From the NCBI RefSeq assembly GCF_036321535.1, contig NC_087436.1:108378001-108442000 (forward strand): a DNA stretch of 64,000 nt, in the 5' to 3' direction. Each line of letters opens with the position of its first letter. The first letter of the stretch is position 1. This document shows positions 1 through 11,612 of the stretch, piece after piece. The position numbers and the translations under genes are program-made. The stretch comes from Camelus dromedarius (lineage: Eukaryota). The notes beneath the pieces are model-generated. The model was not told the origin of the DNA. It worked only from the letters and a program-made list of their open reading frames with translations, and ran no database searches.

Positions 1-88
1 CTATCCAGTATGGTAAACTATATGTAATCTATACCTAAAACATGGTTGTTGATTAAAGTTGAAAATGTCTGACTTTCTTCACCTACAG

Positions 89-101
89 CAACTTGCTTGG
101 A
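89..101 (+). other. Candidate 13-nt microexon (CAACTTGCTTGGA)
   Basis: CTGAC branch-like motif at 69-73, then tttcttcacctacAG acceptor (AG at 87-88) and GTAAGT donor at 102-107. No host gene recognised. Confidence 0.25.
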
Positions 102-246
102 GTAAGTTTTAAGATACTCCATCTTTCTTAGCATTTTAATGAGCGATTCTTGGAAACCAGTCCATCAGTAATCATCAAAAATTCCTCAAAAAGTGATCCA
201 TACTTTACCTTGGAAATAGAAGGAATGTATAGAATCCCTCAATAAA

Positions 247-250
<4 letters not shown>

Positions 251-304
<54 letters not shown>

Positions 305-326
305 ACACACACGCACACACGCACAC
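251..326. repeat. Compound microsatellite (TC)n followed by (CA)n
   Basis: Directly visible: near-perfect TC run at 251-304, then an interrupted CA run. Confidence 0.97.
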
Positions 327-560
327 CCCAACACCCGCCCCCGCCCCCACCCCCTAAGGGTGAAGGACAGATGAGCTGTATTTTTTTCCGGTTGCTGAGG
401 CCACCTGTGCTTAAGAATCTGATCAAAGTAAATAAAACATTAATGAAATTTGATACTGGCTAAACAGAATAAAATCCAGCAATATTTCTAAAATATCATC
501 TAAGGCAGTTATTCAACTGTATACGAGGCACCTCTTGTACACCAGACAGATACAAGAAGC

Positions 561-780
561 ACATGGTATGGTAGGATGAGCTTAGGTTCTAGAGTCTAGA
601 AATTTTACAACACAGGCTCTGCCTTTTCCTAGTTCCAAAACAGTGAGAAAATTATGGCCCTCTATTTTCTGATCTGTGAAATGGGAATAATAACAATACC
701 ACCAGTAACAACTGTGAACATGAAAAGGTTGTATGTGTAATTGCCCTGTGCTTGGTCGTAGGTGATCCACAATTAGAAAA
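561..780 (+). mobile_element. MIR SINE, degraded
   Basis: Core-like 'ctgatctgtgaaatgggaataataac' and head-like 'ggttctagagtctaga'. Confidence 0.6.
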
Positions 781-799
781 TTTTCTTTTTTTCTTCTTA

Positions 800-1580
800 G
801 ATACTAGAATTCAGTGAAGACCCAGTCCCTGAGGTCAAGTAGGTCTATAGGTGGGTGGTGAGAGGAGGAAGCAGAAATACATATTACAACATGAAATGCA
901 GGTGTACAACATGAAATGCAGGTGCAATAGTAAGAGTATTTACAGAATTTCCACAGAGAAAGGCCAAGCATGAATCTTTCTGAGTGGGATACGTAAGAAG
1001 AGTTGACATGGGTGGGTGTTGAAGAACTGTCCCTTGAAGGATGAAGGAGTTAAATAAATAATTATTTTCCATCTATTATCTACAAAGCCATATGGCAGGG
1101 TAGTATAATAGCATGAAAATGGTTTATACACTGCTGTTGTGGTCATAAATTAGTATCAACACCTGAGAAAGTAGTATGGAAGAATGTAGGAATATTGAAA
1201 AATGTGTGATTCAGTGTTTAAGGAACAATTTCATCCATTGGAGTTTACTCTGGTGAAACTCTCCCACCTAGAAGTAAAAGGAGATTCAGCACAATGTTGT
1301 TTGAAATATTGAGTGAGAGGCAAGGTTACTTGAGGACTTTGAATAGGTTAGTGACACGATATGACTTACGTTTTAAAAGGATCCCTCTGACTGCTGTATT
1401 GAGAATACAGTTGGGGAGTGTCCAAGGAGGACACATTTAGACCAGCTGGAAGACTGGTAATCCAGATGAGACATGATGGTGCTTCGGTCCAGGGTGATGA
1501 CAGCACTAGAAATGGCAAGAAATAGATGGATTCTGGGTGTGTTTTGAAGATAGAGCCAGTGGTATGCAAACTGTGGGAAA
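800..1580 (-). mobile_element. L2 LINE fragments, interrupted at about 1150-1330
   Basis: 'ttttaaaaggatccctctgactgctgtattgagaata' and 'atggattctgggtgtgttttgaagatagagcca' match antisense L2. Confidence 0.7.
885..924. repeat. Perfect 20-bp tandem duplication (TACAACATGAAATGCAGGTG x2)
   Basis: Identical units at 885-904 and 905-924. Confidence 0.95.
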
Positions 1581-1589
1581 TTCATATGA

Positions 1590-1990
1590 TGAGGTACTAT
1601 TCAGCAGTTGAAAGAGTAAACTAGTTGGTAATCTAAGCATTCTAGAACTCTCAAAAATAATGTTGAACACTGAAAATAATATATACATTTCTAGGGCAAA
1701 ATTTATATGAATGAAAAAACCTCACAGTGCTATATAGACATTGATACTTATACAGTTTAAAAATGGATTGTAAGGACACATAATAAATTCATTGGTGTTC
1801 TTACCTATGGGCAGAGTAGTAAGGAGGAAGAAATTAGACTGGAAAGGAGGAAAAAAGTGATTTCAACTATATTTTATGTTTTATATTTTGAAAAAAAAAT
1901 GTTAAATATCATGCGGACAGCTATGTAGTGTGTTTATAAGTAGCTTGCCACATTTCTCTTCTGCATTTTAATTTAAACAGAAATTTAAAA
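1590..1990 (+). mobile_element. Ancient L1M (L1MC/L1ME-like) 3' fragment
   Basis: 'actattcagcagttgaaaga' and 'tctcaaaaataatgttgaa' with an A-rich 3'-UTR character. Confidence 0.45.
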
Positions 1991-3989
1991 AGAGTATGGT
2001 AATAAATAAGGCAAATCCTTATAATCACTTAAGGGTCTGTAAATACATGGCAATTCATCTTAAGGGAATCTGGAAACTATTTTTAAAATGCTTTGAGATT
2101 TGCAAATGGGACCTGATCGAACATGATTGGGAGGAAAAAGGGCAAAAAGTCTCAGGTGGTTCATAAATATTTGGTAATATTTCAACAGGAGAAAACGCAA
2201 GAGAGTAATGCTGTCAGAACAAAAGCAAGAGGAAAGTCAGGCCAGCTTTTGGGAAGAGCCTTGACTTTCAGTTTATAGAATTTAGATCCAACTGATGAGG
2301 CCCTCCTCCCCACATCCCACCCCTAAGAAGAGCTGATTTCCATCACTGCCACTGTGAGAAAATTTTGGGTGGCATCTTCTCTTTTAAAAAGCATCTACTG
2401 GAGCATTTCTAAAAGGAATTTATTATAGCTGTAGTTACCGAGAGATATTGGAAAAAAAAGACATTATAAGTAGGTACCAGTAACTTTTAGTTAACCAAGG
2501 AAAAAGATATATGAAAGTTTGAAATCTTAAGATTTTCAGAAAACAAAATTGAGCTAAAAGAGCTCAATCTGAGTGTTCACCAAGTTTAAGCAAGAAGAAT
2601 TATGTGATAATTCGTCAGTCATCTCAGAAACTGACTTCTAAATCTGTAGGCTATTAAGTGTAATCCAGATGGCTATTCAGAAGAAAGTTTAAAGTATGTG
2701 AACTTGGAGTGAAGTAAATGTTTGAACAAACTGGTTAAACCAGGATATTGATGCAAGTGGTTCCCTGCCTGAACAGCAAACACAACCTGTGCACCCGCCA
2801 CCCCTACCGCCGCATACAAACAGCCAGCTCTCAGTGAAACACCGATCGATCAGCCTTGGGTGCTGCTGGAAGTTCAGTGGTCAAACTGAATGTAGGAAGG
2901 TGAAGCGCTATCATTTAGAAGTCTGGTTTTCAGAAATTAATGGATGATGCACAACTCACTTCTCTCTCTCACCAGTATCCCAACCGGAGGGGTTGTAATA
3001 TGCTTTAAGGGGCATGAAAAACGATTGTGCTACTGATGTTTTTTCTCAGTTTCTGAATCTTTATCTCCATATGGCATTAGTTTATCACTTCCTTTTATGT
3101 GTGCTTAATATTCTGATAAATTGCTTGATAAACTCGAATGCTAACAACCAGCAATAAGGCAGAATGAGGTACCAATATTGTGCAATGATGTGGTGCCTGT
3201 AACATCAGACTGGAGTTTTTAGTTTTCTCTCCCTTTTTCTCCTAAGCATATCCTTTGTACAAAAAGATCTGATATAAATATTCTATTTTATTTCAGTAAA
3301 TTACCCTTATGTTTACTATATAGTTATTTAAACTGGTTGATAATCAATGGCTAAGGAAGGTGGAAAGCAGGAGTATTTTTATTATTCTTTTTAGTAATTG
3401 TCTCTGTATGCGCATCACCATTTACTTGTCACAGCTGGACTTAGTCTATAAATAGCTCCGTGAGATGATGGACAGTTTTCAAGGCTTGCTGGTGTGGAAT
3501 CAATACGTGGCAAAAGGGACCATATGAGTCAATTACATTGTCTCTGGCAGGGTTACCATGGAAGCTTTAGCTTTTCATACCACCTTACATCTCCTGTCTG
3601 GGCAGTATTCTTGCCTATCTTTAATTAGAATGGATGCAATTTATTTAGTAATGGAAAGCTTACTTGAGCGAGTTCTGGGAGGTGTCAGACAGAATTCAGC
3701 CAGCCATGCATATTCAAGAAGACTAATGTGAAAATGCAAATGCTTCTTCTAATTTAATTCCTTACTTAAAAAAAGGGGGGGGGCTCTCCTATCTTGGAAG
3801 TAAGCTTCCTTTGATTGTAAAGAAATTTTGTTTGATATTCCCTCTTTCCTCAGACATAAAACAAACAGTTGTTTTTAAAATAACCTCTTCTGCTGTGAAT
3901 GTAATAATCTGTTCTATGCATGTATTCAGTTACTCTGGCATTTCTTAGCATTAATGTTGCCTACAACAGCTTCCTGTTGGGCACGAACT

Positions 3990-4470
3990 ACAGGGCCAAA
4001 GAGGAATGATTGCTGGATCCCACTGTGTGCCTGGCCCTGTGGGAAGATAAAAACACACACCTGTTCTCCAGGCGTGAATGAACCAGCTGGGGAGATAGAC
4101 AGGCAAGCAGGCAAATCCAACACAGAATAAGCTTCACAGTGCAGGGCTGTAGGGAGTGCTGTAACTAAATGGAGGAAGGGCCAGAAGCTGAGAGAAACCT
4201 GGAGGATGGGGGCATCCAGCACACACTCTACTGAGGTAGGTGTGCTTGAGATGAATTCTGAAGGATAGGTGGTGACTGACTAGCCGGATGAGGTGGGGGA
4301 AGGACAAAGGGCCAGAAGGAAAAGTATATGAAAAGACACGGAATACTGAAAGACCAGGCTGTGTTTGAGAAACTACAGATGGGCTGTCTGGGGTGGAAAA
4401 ATGCTTTGTAGGGTCTAGCGTTGAAGGTGGACACAGATCCTGAAAGAACTTGCATAACACTGTCCCCAGA
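3990..4470 (-). mobile_element. L2 fragment
   Basis: 'cactgtgtgcctggccctgtg' and 'tgcttgagatgaattctgaagga' are typical antisense L2. Confidence 0.55.
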
Positions 4471-4914
4471 TTCTCAGGCTTATTTTGAAGGCAGTGGTTG
4501 GGAAACATTACATTAAGGAAAAGTAACATGTTTCCGTGTGGAAAGGAGTATACTAGTTTTAGCAAAACTTTGCAAGTGGTAAATTTTGGGCAATGTTACT
4601 ATTTCAAACTGCATTAAATTTAAAATTTTTATCTATAACAAAGTCTTGAAGGAAGAAAAATAAGTTGTACAGTGATAATTTGGGCAGAAGGCATAGCTGT
4701 ACTTTTAGTGAAAAGTACACAAAAATTTCCTCAGGGATTAAGATCTTCCTGAGCAGAAGCTGGAAGCCAAAGGATCAGACTGATTCCCCGGAGATGAGAC
4801 ACCCAGGCTAACTGTTGGCTTGTTTGTTTTGGGGATCCCTCCTCCCTCGGGCTTGGGAGGAGACTGGCTTGGCAGATCAGATACCTTGTTTGCTCCCCGA
4901 CACTCTATTGAAAA

Positions 4915-5170
4915 AGCTAATAGTAATCAGTGTAATTATTTAGTATATTCTTAATAAAACGCCCTACAGTGGACCTGAGCTCTTTACGCGCATTTCCCGT
5001 GTTTTCTTTACCACTGCACCGTGAGGGCATTATTAGTCCCGCAGTTCACAGATGAAGAAACTGAGACGCAGAAAATAGAAGTAAATGACCCAAGATCAGT
5101 GAGCCCCCCAGCTGAGAAAACGGGAACCGGTATTTGAGCCTGGATTATTTTTACTTCAGTGCTCTATTCT
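4915..5170 (-). mobile_element. MIR
   Basis: 'cacagatgaagaaactgagacgcaga...aagtaaatgacccaagatca'. Confidence 0.75.
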
Positions 5171-6059
5171 TAGTCCACTTTGGAAGGCCTCGGCTTCCAC
5201 AGACATCCTTGGATGCAGTCAAGCACCCATGTACCACCCTGGTAGACTGTATGAGTCAGGATGGGACAGAATATAAAAGAAAACAAGAAGCATAAAAAGC
5301 TACATTCTGTGGTCTTTATGACTAATGTACCTCCAGAAACTGCTTTTTTGAATTCTTGAGTAACCCATTTGCAAGCTGTTGGGAAATTTAAATCTGCATG
5401 AAGTTTATGCACACTCCTTAAATTAACACTCAAGTGCTTTTTGTTCCCCATTACCTCTGAATTCTGTACCACTTCTTTTCTGTGTACGATGTTTAAGGGA
5501 AAAAAGTGAATCTAAAATAAGCTGTACATCGTCTGTCATTAGGGTACTGTACAGCCCTGAGGTAACATGCCATGGGCAAGTGGTTCTGTCTCATTTACAA
5601 AAGGGAAACGAAATTGGCCTTGATGGTATAAAATAATGGCAAGAAATGCCTTCCCTGGCAGCGCCCACCAGACGTGAATGGTAAGCAGGCTTAGGGCTCT
5701 CTTCCCAAGCCCCTCACCAGGCTGCACTCCATTCTCAGGAAGCCAAAGCCAGTCTATCTGGGGTATTCAGTGTCTCCCTAATGTCAGCCTGGTTCATGGG
5801 GGATGTCAAATGGGCATTACTTTGATCCCTTATTTTACGTAAGATACATTTATTATCCTCATATCAATAATGGAAAGGCCACTCATTAGTAAAAATAAAC
5901 CGCCATCATCATTTACAACAGTCTATCAAAGTGTCATCTACATACCATACAATTCACTCATTGTTGTCTTCATCTTTTTATTTTTTTCCCACCTTGTAAT
6001 AAGCTTTCCACTCAAGGTTGGTCCTGCTGGTCTACATCAGCAAGCAACCCCTAGGTATT

Positions 6060-6290
6060 CTTAATATCCGTGTAGCAGTGCTTTCTCATGCATTACTTAT
6101 GTCGTCCTCAGAACAGCCCTGCGAGGTATTTGTATTTGTACTGGCATTGGTTTTATCCTAACAATGAGAAATCAAATCTTTGCAAAGATTACATGACATA
6201 GCCAAGGTTACACTGAGCCAGAGCCTGGCCATGGATCTCTCAGTCTTCTGGCCGTATGTCCCTTAATCTTCCTCTTAAGTCACACTGATA
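6060..6290 (-). mobile_element. MIR, degraded
   Basis: 'cctcagaacagccctgcgaggta' and 'tgacatagccaaggttacac'. Confidence 0.55.
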
Positions 6291-7904
6291 CCAAGATAAC
6301 ATGACAATGTGCAATTGGAGAGAGACAGTTCCCCAAAAGAAACCCAGCTTCTGTTGTCAAAAGAAAAGAAAATAGATGCTGAGAAGGACCAAACACTCGA
6401 TGTCCGTCTTACAGACCTCAGTAGGTGCCCCAGATCATCTTGATTGCACGTTGTATTAAACTGGCAACCCTTTCTTTCTCTGCTTTCTAAATTTCATCAA
6501 AAATTTCTTATATCACAGCCTTGTATTTTAAGGATATTCTCATAGACTCATTTGCCACTAGGAAACTTGCTCTTCAATACAATCTATTTAATGAGCCATT
6601 TTATCTGATACATTAAGACCAATTAATGGAGAAATTATGTTTAACTTACATGTTATGCCCAATAATCTGGTAGGCTTGCATCCATTTCAGTTGAATTCTT
6701 GCAACACAACCATACAAAGTACATTTTCAGAAATTGTGTCCTTTTTACCCAGGAACCTGTCAACTTGGGGATGAAATTTGACTTGTAAGCTGATTAAAGC
6801 TGTTGTATTCACTCCTTAACATTTTGGGATAGCCAGTAGTTTAAGAACTGAAAACAAAACCTGATATCTGCTTGAAAACTACTATCTAGTTGCTCCTATG
6901 GTAGCCTCTTAAGATTTATTTTTGTTCATGCTCCTTGTAGTTTTTGTGATCAAAGAATGACATTTCATGAATTTACTACCATTCAACGTCCCCTTTGACA
7001 AAACTTCTTAACGCTGAGAGTTAAATCTGTTATCTTAAAACCAAATCAGTGTCATTTTCTTACTTCTAGTTGCAGATATTAACTGAGTAGCCAGAAACAG
7101 AGCAGAACCTTATGATTACATTTTAAAACCCTACCTGCTGTGATCTTTAATGCATAAAACAGAACTGAGTGATAACTGAGGCTGCTTCTCAGAGGAAAAT
7201 GATAAATATATTGCTACTGAACTGGAAAACTTAGAAAAGAACTCTCTAACCAGTTTGATTCATTGAGCAGATGTTAACATTAAAGATAAGTAATTTTAAG
7301 ATAAAATGAAGAAACATATAGATAGTGATCTATTCTTGATAAGTGAGACAAGATTCTGTTTGTAATTTGGGTTTCTGGCAAGTGTGAAGAGCCCTTCCGC
7401 AGGAGGCTGCAGTGCGACATGGTATGTCATTCTTTCTTCAACGTGTTGATGCTGGCTGTCACGTTCAAATAATTCTCATTACAGAGAAATGACCATCAGT
7501 CAAACATTCTTCTGAAGCATTACATTTTGTTCCTAGCCTATTTGAATTCATAAAAAGTGAAAATTTAGCAGCAGCATGGAGACAGGCATTGTGTATATTT
7601 AAAATGACACCTTTTTTTTAGTTTTAAGAGCTAGTCATATATCCTTTCATTTTCAAAGCTCAAACCTCCTAATTATTAATTTTTAGAGCTATTCTGACCT
7701 TTGTATTATCTCAAGGGTTAGTCTACATAAATTCTGCTATAAGCCTTGGCCTTTTAAATTATGAATTTGGATATTAGGGGTCAATATTTAGATTTATGTA
7801 ATGTAATCAGCCTCCTGAAATCCTAGTGCTGGCAATCATATTTCCTTCTATTATAATCCATAAACCTGGGGCCAGTCTCTCCTGTTCTCCCAACTCCTGA
7901 GATA

Positions 7905-8150
7905 CTACATATAGTAGTGGCTAACATTTTGTGAAAATTTACTGTGTGCCAGGCACAGGGTAATACTTTTTACATATTATTTAATGTAATTCTCCTTATG
8001 GGGGAGCTAGTATCATTACCCCTATTTTTCTATAAAGAGTGATTAGATAAAGGGAAATTAGGTAAATTCCCAATATTACAATATACTCTGGCGGAGTCAG
8101 AACCTAATAAGCTAATTCTGAGCCTTCCTTATATAATTCCTATTTCCTAG
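7905..8150 (-). mobile_element. MIR
   Basis: 'ctaacattt...tactgtgtgccaggcac' and 'atcattacccctattttt'. Confidence 0.65.
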
Positions 8151-9129
8151 TCCTTCCCCAGAAGGACCTGTTCTCTACCAGTTTCCCATGCACCAAACTC
8201 ATTCTCATTCTGGGTCATCACTGTTGTTGACTTTTTGGTTAAATCTTTCCTTTACCCTCTCATTTTTTTCTAACTCCATAAATGCCTCAAAGCTCAGCAC
8301 AAGTCTCACCTTCATGTTGAAGCTCATTCCAACATTTCATTCCCATCCCTGAAATTTTTTAAGACCCTAGTTTCAAAAGGACAAATTCCAAACCTCTGAG
8401 CCTGGCATGGAAGGTCCTTCATAATTTGGTCCCTACAAAACTCTCATCAAATCTCTACCGAACTGCCTTATTTGGTTTCCATCCCTCTCTCCATCAATAC
8501 ATGTGTATACAGCTTATACTCCAGCCAACTTGTGGCTGTGATTCCTGCCCCTCCCACTAGTCAAGACTTTTGCTCTAGAATCTCCCCTTTCTCTGCTTCA
8601 TCACCATTTTTTTTCTCTCTATGTTCAGGTGGAAAAGCTTTTCTTCACCTCACTTCTGTCCTGTTTTGTTGCTTCCTCCAAAAAAGGATGCTTACCTAAG
8701 TTCATAGTCTCTAGTTTTTCTCTCCCATCTATCTTTCAAGCTCTCTCTGATCAGAATTTTGCTCAGACCAATCTCTTTGAGATGCTCCTATCAAGATCAC
8801 CAGTGTTCTCCATGTTGCCAAATCCAGTGACTTCCTGTCTGTTCCACAGTCACGCCTGTCACACTTCCTTGTTGGACTTTTTCAGGTGCTGTCTCCTCGA
8901 CCTGGCAAACTTTTCCCAGAGGTATCTTGAATGGCTCACTCTCACACCTTCAGAGCTTGATTCTTAGGTCATCTACTTCACTAAGTCTTCCCTGACTATT
9001 TAAAATCAGAAAATTTCCCTGCTCTCAGCATACTCTGACTTCCTTCCTGCTTCATTTTTCTCAATAGCACTTAGAACATAGGTTTTATATTTTACTGGTT
9101 TTCTTTGTATTTTACTTTATACAGGACTT

Positions 9130-9176
<47 letters not shown>

Positions 9177-9325
9177 TATGTGCTACTTCGGGTGTCTCTT
9201 TCCAAGAGAATAAATTCCACCCAGGTAGGAATTTCAGTCTATGTCTCTTATAGGTTCATATGTCCACTATCTAAAAAAGCCCCTGGCACATCATGGACCC
9301 TAAGTAAGTAGTCCTTGAATGAATA
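8150..9325 (+). mobile_element. L2 fragments ending in an L2 3' terminus
   Basis: 'ctccatgttgccaaatccagtg', 'caatagcactta' and terminal 'ccctggcacatcatgg...ttgaatgaat'. Confidence 0.7.
9134..9172. repeat. (TG)n microsatellite
   Basis: About 19 uninterrupted GT units. Confidence 0.97.
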
Positions 9326-9489
9326 CTGAGTTACCCAGAGTTCCTAAATGTATCACACGGTTTGATTTTCTTTTGTCATTTTTCTTACTGATTTCTGAGT
9401 CCTGAATACCTTTTCCTACCTGTCTGCTTAAGAATGCCTGGTCATCATTTAAGATACAGCTTAAAGGCTGCCTTGTTCATTTTTCAGTT

Positions 9490-10145
9490 TTACGGATAAC
9501 TTGGGGTAAGATCTGCACTCTTCTATCCCTGAGCATATGACTCTGGGCAGATAACTTCATTTCTCTAAACCTATTTTTTTTTTCATTTTAGAATAGAAAT
9601 AACATTAGTTCTTACTTTGTGGGGTCATAATGAAAATTAAATGAGATAGCAAGTGAGAGGCCTAAGCACTTATCTCAGTGCCTGGTATTTCAGAAAATTT
9701 CAACAAATTATCATCATTATTTTTCCATTCCTGATTCTTTTTTACCTAAACCCTGGTAGAATTAACCATTCCACATTTATCACACTTATGCCATATCCCT
9801 ACTAGACCACTGGATCTCAGAGAGAGCAAGACGTGTGTCTTACCCATATTTGTATCTTCAGAACATAATTCAGTGCCTGACATATGAAAGCCTGAATATT
9901 AATGTTGATATCCATCATTTATTGAGTTTAATTTTGTAGATATTGTGCTTAGGAGAAGTCTACAAACATCATGCTATTTAATTCTCATATTATCCCATTG
10001 AAAAATACTTTATAAAAAAGATTTGTACTTTAGGAGATTCAATCAGATAATCTTTCTCAAGATCACACAATTAGTGAGTGATAAAGCTGGAACTAGAATT
10101 GAGGTTTACCTAACTCTAAAAGTTTGCTCTGCATCACTTTACTAC
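9490..10145. mobile_element. MIR (+, about 9490-9715), L2 3' end (about 9720-9910) and MIR (-, about 9915-10145)
   Basis: 'ctctgggcagataacttcatttctctaaacct', 'cagtgcctgacatatg' and 'tctcaagatcacacaattagtgagtgataaagctggaactagaa'. Confidence 0.65.
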
Positions 10146-10153
10146 AGTCAGAA

Positions 10154-10212
10154 AGGATGGATGGGTGGATGGGTGGATGGGTGGATGGGTGGACGGATGG
10201 ATGGATGGGTGG
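10154..10212. repeat. (GGAT/GGGT)n tetranucleotide repeat
   Basis: Directly visible. Confidence 0.95.
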
Positions 10213-10479
10213 GCAAATGAATGAAGACTGTTCTTGACCACTCCAAATTTACTCTCTCTTCTTATCTGACCCGTATGATCTGGAGCACATACTGACTCTA
10301 CTGCAGTGTTCTACCAGTTAACCTCACAGACACTTGAAGTATTATATCAGTTTTTCTTTCTTTTTTTTCTTTTCATCTTAAAACTCTGGGGCAAGGATCT
10401 TAGTTAAACTGACACTGTATGGGGCTCCTTTCTTCTCTAACAAAAACTGTTGACTGTTCAGCAGTGGTCCAGGAAGTAC

Positions 10480-10725
10480 AGTTCCATAAGTAAATGCATG
10501 GTCTCTACTACCAGGCTGTCTGAGTCTCCTTAGCCACAGCACTGACTCCCTGTGCGATGATGGGTGAATTACTTTACTTTACTGCGTCTTAGTTACCACA
10601 ACTGTAAAGTAAATATAGTATTTAAATAACAATTGGACTTAGTAAAAAATGGATACCTTAAAACGTATAAATTATTTAGAACAGGTCCTGGCATACAGTA
10701 TACATCTTATTATCTATTTTAGCTA
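10480..10725 (+). mobile_element. MIR
   Basis: 'tgggtgaattactttac...ctgtaaagt' and 'aacaggtcctggcatacagta'. Confidence 0.6.
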
Positions 10726-11580
10726 TTTTTCCTTGGAACATGTTTCTCTTATGCATGTATATGTGACGTGCTTTACTTAATTACACATAATTTTAGATAT
10801 CACTAGGAGAATAAGCTTTATCCACAAATACGAGCTTTATTCTTATGTATTGTTTAATCATCATATATTTTCTTTAGTGAAAATTTCTTAAATTCTAAGT
10901 CACACCAATAATACTTTTCCATTCATCACACTCACCTCATTAGCTATCACTACCCCAATCAAAGTGCACCTTACAAAGTCTCAGACTGACAGTAAAGGAG
11001 CCTGGATTCAAACTCACATCTTTCTGAATTCAAATCTGACCTTCTTTCCAATACCCAGGCTGACCAATTTGAAATAGCACTTTATCTCAGCCTGGAGGAA
11101 GTGTTGAGAGTTAAAAATATTTTTATTTCAGCATCTCTGCCAGTTACAAACAAATGCTATAGTCCTGTTTGTATAGAGAGTCTTTGGGGAATCACTTGCA
11201 TATTTTCTATCTTGGATCAAACACAGCAGACATGGGAAGATGTCAGCTTGTGAATGTTCCCAGCAGACTCTGTGTTTACAGGCTTGTAACAGCCTTGACT
11301 TTGCATATGTAGACTTAAAAATTTCCTGACAGGTAAAATGTATTTCTGTGTCTTCCTTTAATAAGAATTCCTATACAGATGCATTTCCACTACTGCAGGC
11401 TCCCCATGGAGCCATGGATTTCCATCATGTGTCTGGTTTTGACACAGCCACACCGGTCAGGAGACATTCTTATCAAAACCTTTTGGAAATGTTAAATATT
11501 CTCCAAGTTATAAAATGCTTCTGAATATAAAATGTCTGACTTTGCCAGAAATGAGTATCCTGACCCAGTCTTGATTTTGA

Positions 11581-11612
11581 TCACCACCATCTTTTGTCAC
11601 CACCGTCTTTTG
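11581..11612. repeat. 16-bp tandem duplication (TCACCACCRTCTTTTG x2)
   Basis: Units at 11581-11596 and 11597-11612, one mismatch. Confidence 0.85.

Noticed and set aside
205..426. ORF with poly-G and ER repeats
   Set aside because: It is the translation of the (GA)n/(TG)n microsatellite.
2661..2672. Overlapping TAATCC and CAGATGG motifs as an enhancer
   Set aside because: Nearly the same string occurs in repeats at about 1458 and 34809, so it is not informative alone.
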